Shown: positions 47,586 through 55,901 of the stretch, one piece after another
Layout of the letters: each line of letters opens with the position of its first letter
Position numbering within the stretch: the stretch's first letter is position 1
From: an uncultured virus (IMG/VR IMGVR_UViG_3300025122_005875)
Lineage: Duplodnaviria > Heunggongvirae > Uroviricota > Caudoviricetes
IMG/VR virus record: IMGVR_UViG_3300025122_005875
DNA length: 64,000 bases
Strand: one strand, 5' to 3'
The notes under the pieces: model-generated
Databases searched by the model: none
The model's input: the letters and a program-made list of their open reading frames with translations, nothing else
Told to the model about the DNA's origin: nothing
Position numbers and translations under genes: made by a program

Positions 47586-47824
47586 CGGTTGTCTTCGAGC
47601 TCTTCTTTTTGTTGTTTTAAGTCGTCGCGTGCAGTTTTAATAAAATCTTCAGTAACAGTACCTATCTTAGGCGGCGATGTGGTCGATGAACGTGTTCGAA
47701 AACCAGAAACACGACGATCTAGTTCCTTTCCACATAACTCACACAAAGGAACGGCATCGTGCATGCCATGGTGAATTAAATGGTTTGTATCACAGGTCCC
47801 ACAGGTATATTCATACCGTGGCAC
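47582..47824 (-). CDS. FmdB-family zinc-ribbon protein
   Basis: MPRYEYTCGTC...CELCGKELDRRVS. Confidence 0.85.
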   Translation of the reverse strand: MPRYEYTCGTCDTNHLIHHGMHDAVPLCELCGKELDRRVSGFRTRSSTTSPPKIGTVTEDFIKTARDDLKQQKEELEDNR

Positions 47825-48007
47825 TTACTTTTCAAGCTTTTCTAAGCGTGTATTAATATCACTAAAAATTTGTTCTAGCTCGCGGGCATGATCACCAAAA
47901 GCTTTACGCAGCTCTTGCTTGACCAGATCTCTTACCGCATGCTCGCCCATTACCTGAGCGGCAGATGGGGCGGCAGTCTTCGCGGTTCTTTTGCGTGTGG
48001 TCGCCAT
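47825..48007 (-). CDS. Hypothetical protein
   Basis: 60 aa with an AGGAGA SD upstream. Confidence 0.6.
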   Translation of the reverse strand: MATTRKRTAKTAAPSAAQVMGEHAVRDLVKQELRKAFGDHARELEQIFSDINTRLEKLEK

Positions 48008-48010
48008 TTT

Positions 48011-48211
48011 CTATTCTCCTTCTTCATTAAAATCGACATCCTCAAGGGTAACAACCGGAGGGTTCGTTACCATGAGTTGAGAATGACTTGGATCACTAGG
48101 ATCATGGACAAAGTCCATTTCCTTAAGGGTTGGAACTATATCACTTTGTTCCATCAACGATTTTTGCAGGGCCATCATAAGGGCTCCCACAGCTTGATCA
48201 GATAATTTCAT
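48011..48211 (-). CDS. Hypothetical protein
   Basis: 66 aa with an AAGGAG SD upstream. Confidence 0.65.
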   Translation of the reverse strand: MKLSDQAVGALMMALQKSLMEQSDIVPTLKEMDFVHDPSDPSHSQLMVTNPPVVTLEDVDFNEEGE

Positions 48212-48224
48212 AAATTTTTCTCCT

Positions 48225-49175
48225 TTACCAATGAAAATTTTCTTTGTAGTGTTTTACTATATTTCCTATTTCATCATCAAAAACTTTGTGAGGGCGCCAC
48301 CCTAACGACCGAAGCTTGTTATCATTTAGAGAGTAACGCACATCCTGCCCGGGGCGCCGGTGGTTTAAGTCGATGAATTCTTGTAATTCTACCTCTTTAT
48401 TAAAAAAACATTTAAGTATTTTTTCAACAGTGTCTACATTCTTTTGTTCATATCCGCCAGCCACATTAAATATTTCATTCGTACATCCATTTTCTATAAT
48501 TGCAACTGTTGCGGCTGCCGTATCCGACGCATGTAGCCAATTACGAATTGGTTCCCCACGATCGTGCAGCCTAATCTTATGGCCGCGCTGCAAAGCCCTC
48601 ACACATAGAGGCAGCAACTTTTCATTATGCTGATATATTCCATAATTATTTGTAGGACGCAGAATAATATATTTGGTGTCATATGTACGCGCCCACGCTT
48701 TAATAAGCATATCACCAGCTGCCTTTGAAGCTGAGTAAGGGTTACTGGGCGCTAATACATCCGACTCGACGTGCTCGCCGGCGGCAATGTCTCCATACAC
48801 TTCGTCTGTACTAAAATGCAAAAGAATAGGGCGCTCCCATACATTAGTTGGTTTATGCCGAATAAGTTCTAATAAATTTTTTACTCCATTTACGTTAGTG
48901 TGAATAAAATCCTCACTGTCTATAATGCTATTGCCAACATGAGTCTCGGCTGCAATATTGATGAGATAGTCACAATCCGGTAAGACCTTCAAGGTCGCGA
49001 TGTCTGCTTCCACAAAAGTAAAATGGGGACTTTCTTCAAACTCTGGAAGTAATTGCAAATTAGCAGCATACGTTATTTTATCGATCCCATATACTTTCCA
49101 CCCTTTCTGCAAACACAAACGAGTTACATAAGATCCAATGAATCCCAAACAGCCGGTTATAACTACAAGTTTCAT
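48225..49175 (-). CDS. rfbB: dTDP-glucose 4,6-dehydratase
   Basis: TGCLGFIGS, DKITYAAN, AAETHV, STDEVYG, YSASK, RPTNNYG and RPGQD.RY. Confidence 0.9.
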   Translation of the reverse strand: MKLVVITGCLGFIGSYVTRLCLQKGWKVYGIDKITYAANLQLLPEFEESPHFTFVEADIATLKVLPDCDYLINIAAETHVGNSIIDSEDFIHTNVNGVKNLLELIRHKPTNVWERPILLHFSTDEVYGDIAAGEHVESDVLAPSNPYSASKAAGDMLIKAWARTYDTKYIILRPTNNYGIYQHNEKLLPLCVRALQRGHKIRLHDRGEPIRNWLHASDTAAATVAIIENGCTNEIFNVAGGYEQKNVDTVEKILKCFFNKEVELQEFIDLNHRRPGQDVRYSLNDNKLRSLGWRPHKVFDDEIGNIVKHYKENFHW

Positions 49176-49177
49176 AT

Positions 49178-50035
49178 CTAGTACTCCCTCATCTTAATAT
49201 ACATAAAAGGATAATGAGACTCCGACCCCTGCGAAGTTTCATCTAACTCAAATCCCTCAGGAAGATCTGCATAAACCTTGGTCGGAGCAAAGGGTTGGTA
49301 CGGTGGCAAATTTTGGTTGGTACGATATGTAGTACGAAAGGGATATGCTCCATAGGTGAGCATCACCTCGGGGTCACGCAAGTGGGTCCATATGCTCATG
49401 TTATCAGATGGAATTTCAAAGCCATGCTGTTTAAACATTACGTCCCACCAGGCACGACTTTTGTGGCCACACCGATGATGGAAGCCGGGTGAAAGATTTA
49501 TTGTTCCTATGATAACAGAGCCCAATAAAGTATGATTGCTAATATTTTTTAATATCCCTGGAATCTCCTCCGGTAATGGATGTTCAAAAAACTCAAACGC
49601 TGTTACAATATTGAACTTGATCCTCTCATCTGACTCATTACACAAAACGAATGGTTGTGAAACATCTGCATGAAAAAGGCACTTATTTTCATAATTACGC
49701 CAATTTTGTGAGCCAGCGGGAGATTCAAGGCGTCCGGTTTCCATCTCAAGAGGAGCTTCAAATTCCTCCGTCATCCCATAAACATTGCCCCCTTCTAAGC
49801 CTACGCCAAGCCATGGGGCACCTTTATTATAAATATCTACTGCAAATTGGCCCCCCGCGCAGCCGATGTCTAATAAGCGATAGGGTGCCCCATTAAAATA
49901 CGTGTCAATTTCCCATATAAAATAACTGTTAGTATTATTATCTTCAATTGAGCCTGCAGGTGACAAATAATCGGGTGAGTTAAGGGGATGAGGAGAATTA
50001 GTAATTAACTTAGTGTTGGTAAATGTTTTTTTCAT
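49178..50035 (-). CDS. Class I SAM-dependent methyltransferase
   Basis: LLDIGCAGG and FNIVTAFEFFEH; paralog of 52992-53783. Confidence 0.8.
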   Translation of the reverse strand: MKKTFTNTKLITNSPHPLNSPDYLSPAGSIEDNNTNSYFIWEIDTYFNGAPYRLLDIGCAGGQFAVDIYNKGAPWLGVGLEGGNVYGMTEEFEAPLEMETGRLESPAGSQNWRNYENKCLFHADVSQPFVLCNESDERIKFNIVTAFEFFEHPLPEEIPGILKNISNHTLLGSVIIGTINLSPGFHHRCGHKSRAWWDVMFKQHGFEIPSDNMSIWTHLRDPEVMLTYGAYPFRTTYRTNQNLPPYQPFAPTKVYADLPEGFELDETSQGSESHYPFMYIKMREY

Positions 50036-50398
50036 TCAGTCGCCTTTCTTAATTCTATAGCTATCGCTGTCAAAATGCTGGGTTGAAAACTCAAATAGCT
50101 CTGTGTCTTCTATAGCAATCATTTGATGGCGTAAACCACGGTAAACATGAAAATTGTCGCCCGGACGCAAAACAACTTCATCAGCCATACTCAAATCATC
50201 TCGTTCTGAGTATTTCACGAGTATCTTGCCAGACTGAACATAAAACACTTCATCTTTAAGTTTATGGTAGTGCCAGGAACACTTCTTTCCTTTTGCAAAG
50301 TATAACAGCTTTCCGCAATATTCTTCACAATTTATAATCCACTTTTCAAAGCCCCAACCTTTTGAGACAAACTCAATCGGTGAAGAAGTCTTCATCAT
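50036..50398 (-). CDS. Cupin, mannose-6-phosphate isomerase type II C-terminal-like
   Basis: KGWGFE, CSWHYHKLKDEVFYVQSG, LRHQM, EFST. Confidence 0.8.
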   Translation of the reverse strand: MMKTSSPIEFVSKGWGFEKWIINCEEYCGKLLYFAKGKKCSWHYHKLKDEVFYVQSGKILVKYSERDDLSMADEVVLRPGDNFHVYRGLRHQMIAIEDTELFEFSTQHFDSDSYRIKKGD

Positions 50399-50693
50399 TT
50401 ATTCCCTTATCATCAATATAAAAATCTGCAGAGGGCTTCCCTAAGAATAAGGAGTGATAGTGGACGTCCCAAGTCTCTAGTTGCTTTTTGGTCATATCAT
50501 AAAACGCTTTATATGCAAACGCTGCGGAATTACCGCTGCGGCCCATACCTCTCGCTGTTTGAAAAATAACCGTATGGCCGTCGGCATACAGTTTGTTCAC
50601 CTTTTGGATCCGCTTGGAGATTGGAGTTGAGTTTTCATAATCACTATCAACGTTCTCGCATATAGTTCCATCGATATCAAACACATATACCAT
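50373..50693 (-). CDS. HAD subfamily IIIC phosphatase (capsule biosynthesis phosphatase-like)
   Basis: FDIDGTI, TARG and GKP.ADFYIDDK. The start is probably MVYVFD at 50693; the track gives 50729. Confidence 0.8.
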   Translation of the reverse strand: MVYVFDIDGTICENVDSDYENSTPISKRIQKVNKLYADGHTVIFQTARGMGRSGNSAAFAYKAFYDMTKKQLETWDVHYHSLFLGKPSADFYIDDKGINDEDFFTD

Positions 50694-51081
50694 TAAATTT
50701 TTCCAAAATGTTTGTCGTAGAATAGCCATCCATAAAATTAAAAATTTTAATTTGTGCGAGATCGTTACCCACCACCTCTTCCGGGCTATAGTCCCCTCCT
50801 TTAACTACTATATCAGGCTTAAGCTGTTTTATTAATTCATAAGGAGTATCTTCTTCAAAAACTACGACTTCATCCACATATTTACATGATTCTAACACAA
50901 ATTGACGGTCTTCTACAGCAAAGAAAGGACGGGAAGAACCCTTAAGCCGACGAACAGATGCGTCGCTATTGAGCCCCACAACAACGTCGCCAAGTGATTT
51001 ACAATACTTCAACAATTCAACGTGCCCTCGATGGAGGATATCAAAACAGCCGTTAGTAAAAATCGTTTTAGTAGTTGGCAT
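50677..51081 (-). CDS. rfaE2: Heptose-1-phosphate nucleotidyltransferase (HldE domain II / HldC)
   Basis: FTNGCFDILHRGH, VGLNSDASVRRLKG..RP, FEEDTP, KPDIVVKGGDY and GYSTT. Confidence 0.9.
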   Translation of the reverse strand: MPTTKTIFTNGCFDILHRGHVELLKYCKSLGDVVVGLNSDASVRRLKGSSRPFFAVEDRQFVLESCKYVDEVVVFEEDTPYELIKQLKPDIVVKGGDYSPEEVVGNDLAQIKIFNFMDGYSTTNILEKFNGICV

Positions 51082-52000
51082 ACCAAGGCCCATCAATCAG
51101 AGAATACGTTTTAATTAGCTGCTGAATGCTGGTGTCCAGATCATACTTGCACTCAAATCCTTTGTCGTATATCTTCTGACTACTCACAATATAATCCCGG
51201 ACATCAGGATCCTTGGTGAACTCGGCTTTAATAATTTCCAGAGGTAAATATTTTCCAATCTTCTCAGCTAGCTGCAGTTTATTCATATTCATCTCATCGT
51301 GCCCGAGATTATACGTCTCATTTCCACACGCGTCCCAATTATCGATCAGAAACTTGAAGGCCCGACAGACATCCCAAATGTGCACATAATTTCGCATAAA
51401 TTCACATTCATAAAGCACGATCAGGCGATCACGTAAAGCACGAAGAACGAAATTGTTTACTAACAAATCAGTGCGCATGCGCGTGGAAGGGCCACAGACC
51501 GTAGCCAATCGAAACGTCGCACAGTTGGGAGTGTTTCGAAAAGCTGTTTCGGCATCAACCTTGGTCTGCCCATATAGAGAGACAGGACTTAGGGGGGATT
51601 CCTCCGTAACAACAGAGCCATCCACACTTCGACCATAGCCTGAATTTGTACAAGGATAAATAACGCGTTGCAGCGATGATTTGGTCTCAGCCAACCAGAT
51701 ATTGGCCTCTAAGTTGACTTGGAGCGCCTCTGCAGGCTTTTGATCACACAGTGGGAAGCCCACCAAAGCAGCTAGTGGGATAATCACATCCGCTCTTCTC
51801 AATAAAGATTTATAAAGTTCTTCATCGCGGACATCACCCTTCACAAACGAAAAGTTGTCATTTTGCACATAGCGAAGCAAAGAATCCTGGCCATATGTCA
51901 GGGTATCTACAACAGTTACCTTATGTTCCGGCAGCAAAAATTGTATCAATTCGCTCCCAATATACCCGGCTCCTCCCGTTATTAATATATTCATCACCAC
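51068..52000 (-). CDS. NAD-dependent sugar epimerase/dehydratase
   Basis: ITGGAGYIGS, LAALVG, YGQTK, RLATV.G and RNYVHIWDV. Confidence 0.88.
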   Translation of the reverse strand: MVMNILITGGAGYIGSELIQFLLPEHKVTVVDTLTYGQDSLLRYVQNDNFSFVKGDVRDEELYKSLLRRADVIIPLAALVGFPLCDQKPAEALQVNLEANIWLAETKSSLQRVIYPCTNSGYGRSVDGSVVTEESPLSPVSLYGQTKVDAETAFRNTPNCATFRLATVCGPSTRMRTDLLVNNFVLRALRDRLIVLYECEFMRNYVHIWDVCRAFKFLIDNWDACGNETYNLGHDEMNMNKLQLAEKIGKYLPLEIIKAEFTKDPDVRDYIVSSQKIYDKGFECKYDLDTSIQQLIKTYSLIDGPWYANY

Positions 52001-52284
52001 TCCAGCTCCCCAGTTAAAATATCTTTTAACATTATCCAGTCAGATACCTTAGCCCACAGAGGCTGTGAAAAGGCCGCCGGCCGGTTTTTTTCAAAGAAGA
52101 TATGACCACTCCAGGCAAAAGGATACACCACAAAAGGCGCCAACAGTAAGAGAGGCCAAGACTTTAAAACAACAGCCGCTCCTAATGTGGCAACAGTTAC
52201 CCCTTGACCAACCACGTGCAGGCGCCGATTGGTTTTATTTTGATGAAGTGATAAATAATGCTCATAATACTGTTTAAATGACAT
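51994..52284 (-). CDS. DUF962/Mpo1-like membrane protein
   Basis: YLSLHQNKTNRRLHVVG...FAWSGHIFFEKNRPAAF. The start is probably MSFKQYY at 52284. Confidence 0.85.
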   Translation of the reverse strand: MSFKQYYEHYLSLHQNKTNRRLHVVGQGVTVATLGAAVVLKSWPLLLLAPFVVYPFAWSGHIFFEKNRPAAFSQPLWAKVSDWIMLKDILTGELEW

Positions 52285-52999
52285 TAACTCCCCTCCTTTG
52301 CACGACCTTCGTCGCGCACTCGTTTGCAAACACTATAGCTTGTCGAATATCGTTTGTTTTTAAATACGACACCGCTAAGCCTGCAAGAAATGTGTCGCCG
52401 GCACCGGACATATCTTTCACTTCTACCTTTTCTACTGAAAAATTCTCTCCGCGGTGCATGCAGCCGTTCTCCCCTAATGTAATAATCATGTTATTTAACG
52501 TGTCAATCGTATGTTTGGTCTTGTTAAACTCTTTTTCGTTAATTTTGATGAATTTGGCATCCTTGTACCATGGGCCCAATGGCTTTTTGGTATCCACCAA
52601 AACATTAGAGTGATGTTCACAAATAAATTTTACATCTTCTTCTCGTAGAAATCCCTTATTATAGTCGGAGACTACTACCATTTCATACGGAGCCAGCTTT
52701 TCCTCTGTAAGGGCGCCAACACTCTTAACGTTCTCCTCTCCAGAATCTACTCTCAAAAACATATGATTGGTTTTTTCATCCACATAGCGGGTTTTTTCAA
52801 TCTGTTCGGTGCTGCATAATAAATGGCACTCGACTCCCAACTTCATGATATTAGCTACCACATTGGAGGCCATCCCTCCATTACTGCGTGTAGTGCTAGG
52901 TAAAAAAATAGGAACCGGCGCGTCTGGGCACATGCGTTCGCATTTTCCATACACAAAAATGTCCTGACATGAATCGCCTATTACTAAGATCCTAGCCAC
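52274..52999 (-). CDS. rfaE1: Heptose-7-phosphate kinase (HldE domain I / HldA, PfkB family)
   Basis: LVIGD, R.cPDAPVP, GMASNV, KTRY, SDYNKG, DMSGAGDTF and AN.CA..VV. Confidence 0.88.
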   Translation of the reverse strand: MARILVIGDSCQDIFVYGKCERMCPDAPVPIFLPSTTRSNGGMASNVVANIMKLGVECHLLCSTEQIEKTRYVDEKTNHMFLRVDSGEENVKSVGALTEEKLAPYEMVVVSDYNKGFLREEDVKFICEHHSNVLVDTKKPLGPWYKDAKFIKINEKEFNKTKHTIDTLNNMIITLGENGCMHRGENFSVEKVEVKDMSGAGDTFLAGLAVSYLKTNDIRQAIVFANECATKVVQRRGVNVI

Positions 53000-53783
53000 T
53001 GTTCTTGCTCACGGTTGCGCGGAACAAAAATTCATAATCTTCAATATATTTTTGAGCTAATTTCATATATTTTTTGCCGATTTTCTTTTTAAGAATACAC
53101 TTAAAGCTAGTTTCATCATCTCGTAAGCAACCCTCCAAGGTATAATCCAATGTTTCAAAAAAATCAGAGAAATACTTTTCCTCCCATTGATGTCTAAAAA
53201 AACACGACTGATGATATTCTAAGCCGCGGATTCGGACGTCCTCTAAATAAATATCATGCTTGGCTTGTGAACGATCAGGGTGCCCTTCGGGCAGACTCAT
53301 TATATCCGTGCTTGCCCCCCATGGGCATATACCACAAAATACTGCACCATCATCCTTCAGATGAATATACATTTTGGCACAAAAGTAATGAAGGCAGCTG
53401 GAAGGCAAATGTTCGAGAAACTCCCAATGAGATATCACATCAAATTGATAATCCGCGCCATCGTCGTCGGTTAGTTGAAAAGGCTTTGAGAGGTCACAAT
53501 GAAATAAATTAGTATTATAATGTTCAAGCCACGCGGGGCGACCGATTTGTAGAGGATATGGCGTCCCTTCAAGACCGTATGCCTCATGGCCTTCCTCAAT
53601 TAAATCGGCCACTATGGCTCCCCCTGCGCATCCCAGCTCTAAGTAACTGATTTTTCTTTTAAAGTATTTATTAATACTCTCAATATAAGCACGGTTTGTA
53701 ATATCATCGTTCCTTGCGCCGATAGGAGCCAGATAATCAGGGCTCTCATAGCAAAAAATAAATTGAGTTACGAGGTGGAGCAT
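52992..53783 (-). CDS. Class I SAM-dependent methyltransferase
   Basis: YLELGCAGG and FDVISHWEFLEH; paralog of 49178-50035. Confidence 0.8.
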   Translation of the reverse strand: MLHLVTQFIFCYESPDYLAPIGARNDDITNRAYIESINKYFKRKISYLELGCAGGAIVADLIEEGHEAYGLEGTPYPLQIGRPAWLEHYNTNLFHCDLSKPFQLTDDDGADYQFDVISHWEFLEHLPSSCLHYFCAKMYIHLKDDGAVFCGICPWGASTDIMSLPEGHPDRSQAKHDIYLEDVRIRGLEYHQSCFFRHQWEEKYFSDFFETLDYTLEGCLRDDETSFKCILKKKIGKKYMKLAQKYIEDYEFLFRATVSKNSG

Positions 53784-53785
53784 TT

Positions 53786-54547
53786 TTATGTGCCCTCCGG
53801 GTCGGACAGTGCTTTCTGGATCTCAGAAGGTCGACGATCTACAAAAGTATAGCCATCAGGATGACAAACACCAGGATAGCAGTCTAGATCACATATATAG
53901 CCTATATAATCTCGATCGTCGTCGTCGTAATAAAGAGAATAGTGATCGTGTTTCGATGTATTGGTTTTTATGCTTAATTCCTGCTTATTGTGTCTAATTC
54001 CATAACGATCGAAGAACTCTCCCACGTCAGCAGCATAATTTTCAAAAGAAAGCTTGAACTCCGGATCGCAGAACCAGTTCGCGCGCAGGAAAACTTCCAA
54101 CGTCTCGTTAGATCGATTAAAAAGGCCCTGATTGGCGATCGGGGTCAAATCACCAATCCGTATACGCTGCCAAAAAAACAGATGACTATGCTGCTCACGA
54201 TGAAACTCCTGAGGTTTATGAATTAGGTGCTTGAATTTTTCTCTATCAAATGTAAACGGATCTGGGTCTTTGCGCGTTTCTTCCATATACGTGGATAGAA
54301 CTTTGTCCCACGGATTTCTACAAATAGTCACTACCTTATAACCGCCAATATTTTTAGCTCCATACCACTCATAATAGTTATGCAATACGGTATGTAAGTC
54401 GCCTGTCTGGTCTTTGTTGGGTCCATGGTTATATGGTGAAAACCGTAGCGATTCCTCGTCACAGTAGGGGCGGAAAAACTTAGAAAACGTTTTCCCTCCT
54501 GTTTTAGGAATATGTACAAAAATTAATTTCTTCTCATGTGATATCAT
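53786..54547 (-). CDS. Sulfotransferase family 2 protein
   Basis: 5'-PSB FVHIPKTGG, 3'-PB RNPWDKVLS and a C-terminal NTSKH.HYS.YYD. Confidence 0.85.
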   Translation of the reverse strand: MISHEKKLIFVHIPKTGGKTFSKFFRPYCDEESLRFSPYNHGPNKDQTGDLHTVLHNYYEWYGAKNIGGYKVVTICRNPWDKVLSTYMEETRKDPDPFTFDREKFKHLIHKPQEFHREQHSHLFFWQRIRIGDLTPIANQGLFNRSNETLEVFLRANWFCDPEFKLSFENYAADVGEFFDRYGIRHNKQELSIKTNTSKHDHYSLYYDDDDRDYIGYICDLDCYPGVCHPDGYTFVDRRPSEIQKALSDPEGT

Positions 54548-54971
54548 TACTATCTTTTCTCCTATTAGAAAGCCAACTAACTTCCCAGTCTGTAAATTCA
54601 GCGGCTAAACAATCAATTTTATAATCTTTGCGGCCGCCAGAAATTTCTTGAATTTTATTTTTGGCTGTATTCCTGATGCCATTAAGACCATGAGTGAGTT
54701 CTAGATTGTTCCCATCCTTAACTCCGCGACGATAATTGGCCTCATTGTGCCAAATATGCAAATTCATCTGTGCAAGAACAATAATAGCACGAATAGTCTC
54801 GGCAGTAACGTGATTGGCCTCTTGCTCTAAAAGCAATTGAATGTCATGAACTATGGCCGCGATCTCGTCGCCGTACTCCTGTTTATGTTGGGAAATAAAA
54901 ACCTCTTTTAGTTGGACAATGGACAATCGATCGATTAACTCTGCCAAAGTAGGTAAATATTTTCTAGTCAT
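54534..54971 (-). CDS. Hypothetical helical protein (DUF4254-like)
   Basis: TLAELIDRLSI.QLK, N..IWH.E...R and N..RN..KN.I pattern. Confidence 0.55.
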   Translation of the reverse strand: MTRKYLPTLAELIDRLSIVQLKEVFISQHKQEYGDEIAAIVHDIQLLLEQEANHVTAETIRAIIVLAQMNLHIWHNEANYRRGVKDGNNLELTHGLNGIRNTAKNKIQEISGGRKDYKIDCLAAEFTDWEVSWLSNRRKDSNDIT

Positions 54972-55897
54972 CCGGACACCACAGCCTTTCGGTAATACTC
55001 ACAACATAACCTTATACCCTCTTCGAGGGACATTTCTGTAAGAGGTTGCGATTCTCGACTGTTGATCACTTTAGTAATGTCTACTTTCTTTTCTCGTACA
55101 CCCACATATTTTGTCAGATCATGTTCTATTAAAGATGCATTATAATTATAACACTTACAAACCATTTTTGCAAACTCATTTATTGTATAATCTTGTCCGG
55201 ACCCCAAATTAAACATTTCATTTTCTTTATCAAGCAATGACACGATCGTATTAACAGCATCAGTTATATAAATTAATTCGCGACGTTGTTCGCCGTCGCC
55301 CCACACCGTAAACTTCTCTCCATCTTTTCCAGCATTGTAACAATTACGTATAAAATCAAAAATAAAATGATTATCGTCTAATTCAAAGCCGGGGCCATAT
55401 AAAGTAGAGGGAATAAAATAAAGCCATTTTAATCCAAATTCTTTTTGGATAGCCTGAAGACCCAGGAGCAACATCCGTTTGGTCATTGCATAGGTGTATA
55501 GTCCAGGGTCTGGCTGTCCTAGTAAATAGTTTTCTTCTCTCATTTCAGTGCCTGGACTATAGGAACAACTCGTCCCCATACAAATCATTTTAGCCTGTGG
55601 TTGAGAGTCCACCCAATATGTTAGGATATTAGTGTTGATTAGCTGATTCTCTAACCACTGGTTGCCTGGATGTTTTAAACAATAATCGCCGGCCTTAGTA
55701 ACGGCTGCCAAATGAAAAATATAATCAAACTTAACACCAGCGTAGTACTCTTGTAAATTTTTCAAATCTTTCAGATTGGCCGTCTTGGTATTAGAAACAG
55801 AGATATCATGGCCGAGTTCGCCCAATGTGGTAACCAGGTATTTTCCTAAAAATCCTGTACCGCCCGTTACCAATGTCTTTAAACCAGAAACTACCAT
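54968..55897 (-). CDS. fcl: GDP-L-fucose synthase-like epimerase/reductase
   Basis: VTGGTGFLG, FHLAA, GTSCSY, YAMTKR, LYGP and VWGDGEQRRELIY. Confidence 0.75.
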   Translation of the reverse strand: MVVSGLKTLVTGGTGFLGKYLVTTLGELGHDISVSNTKTANLKDLKNLQEYYAGVKFDYIFHLAAVTKAGDYCLKHPGNQWLENQLINTNILTYWVDSQPQAKMICMGTSCSYSPGTEMREENYLLGQPDPGLYTYAMTKRMLLLGLQAIQKEFGLKWLYFIPSTLYGPGFELDDNHFIFDFIRNCYNAGKDGEKFTVWGDGEQRRELIYITDAVNTIVSLLDKENEMFNLGSGQDYTINEFAKMVCKCYNYNASLIEHDLTKYVGVREKKVDITKVINSRESQPLTEMSLEEGIRLCCEYYRKAVVSG

Positions 55898-55901
55898 CTT
55901 T

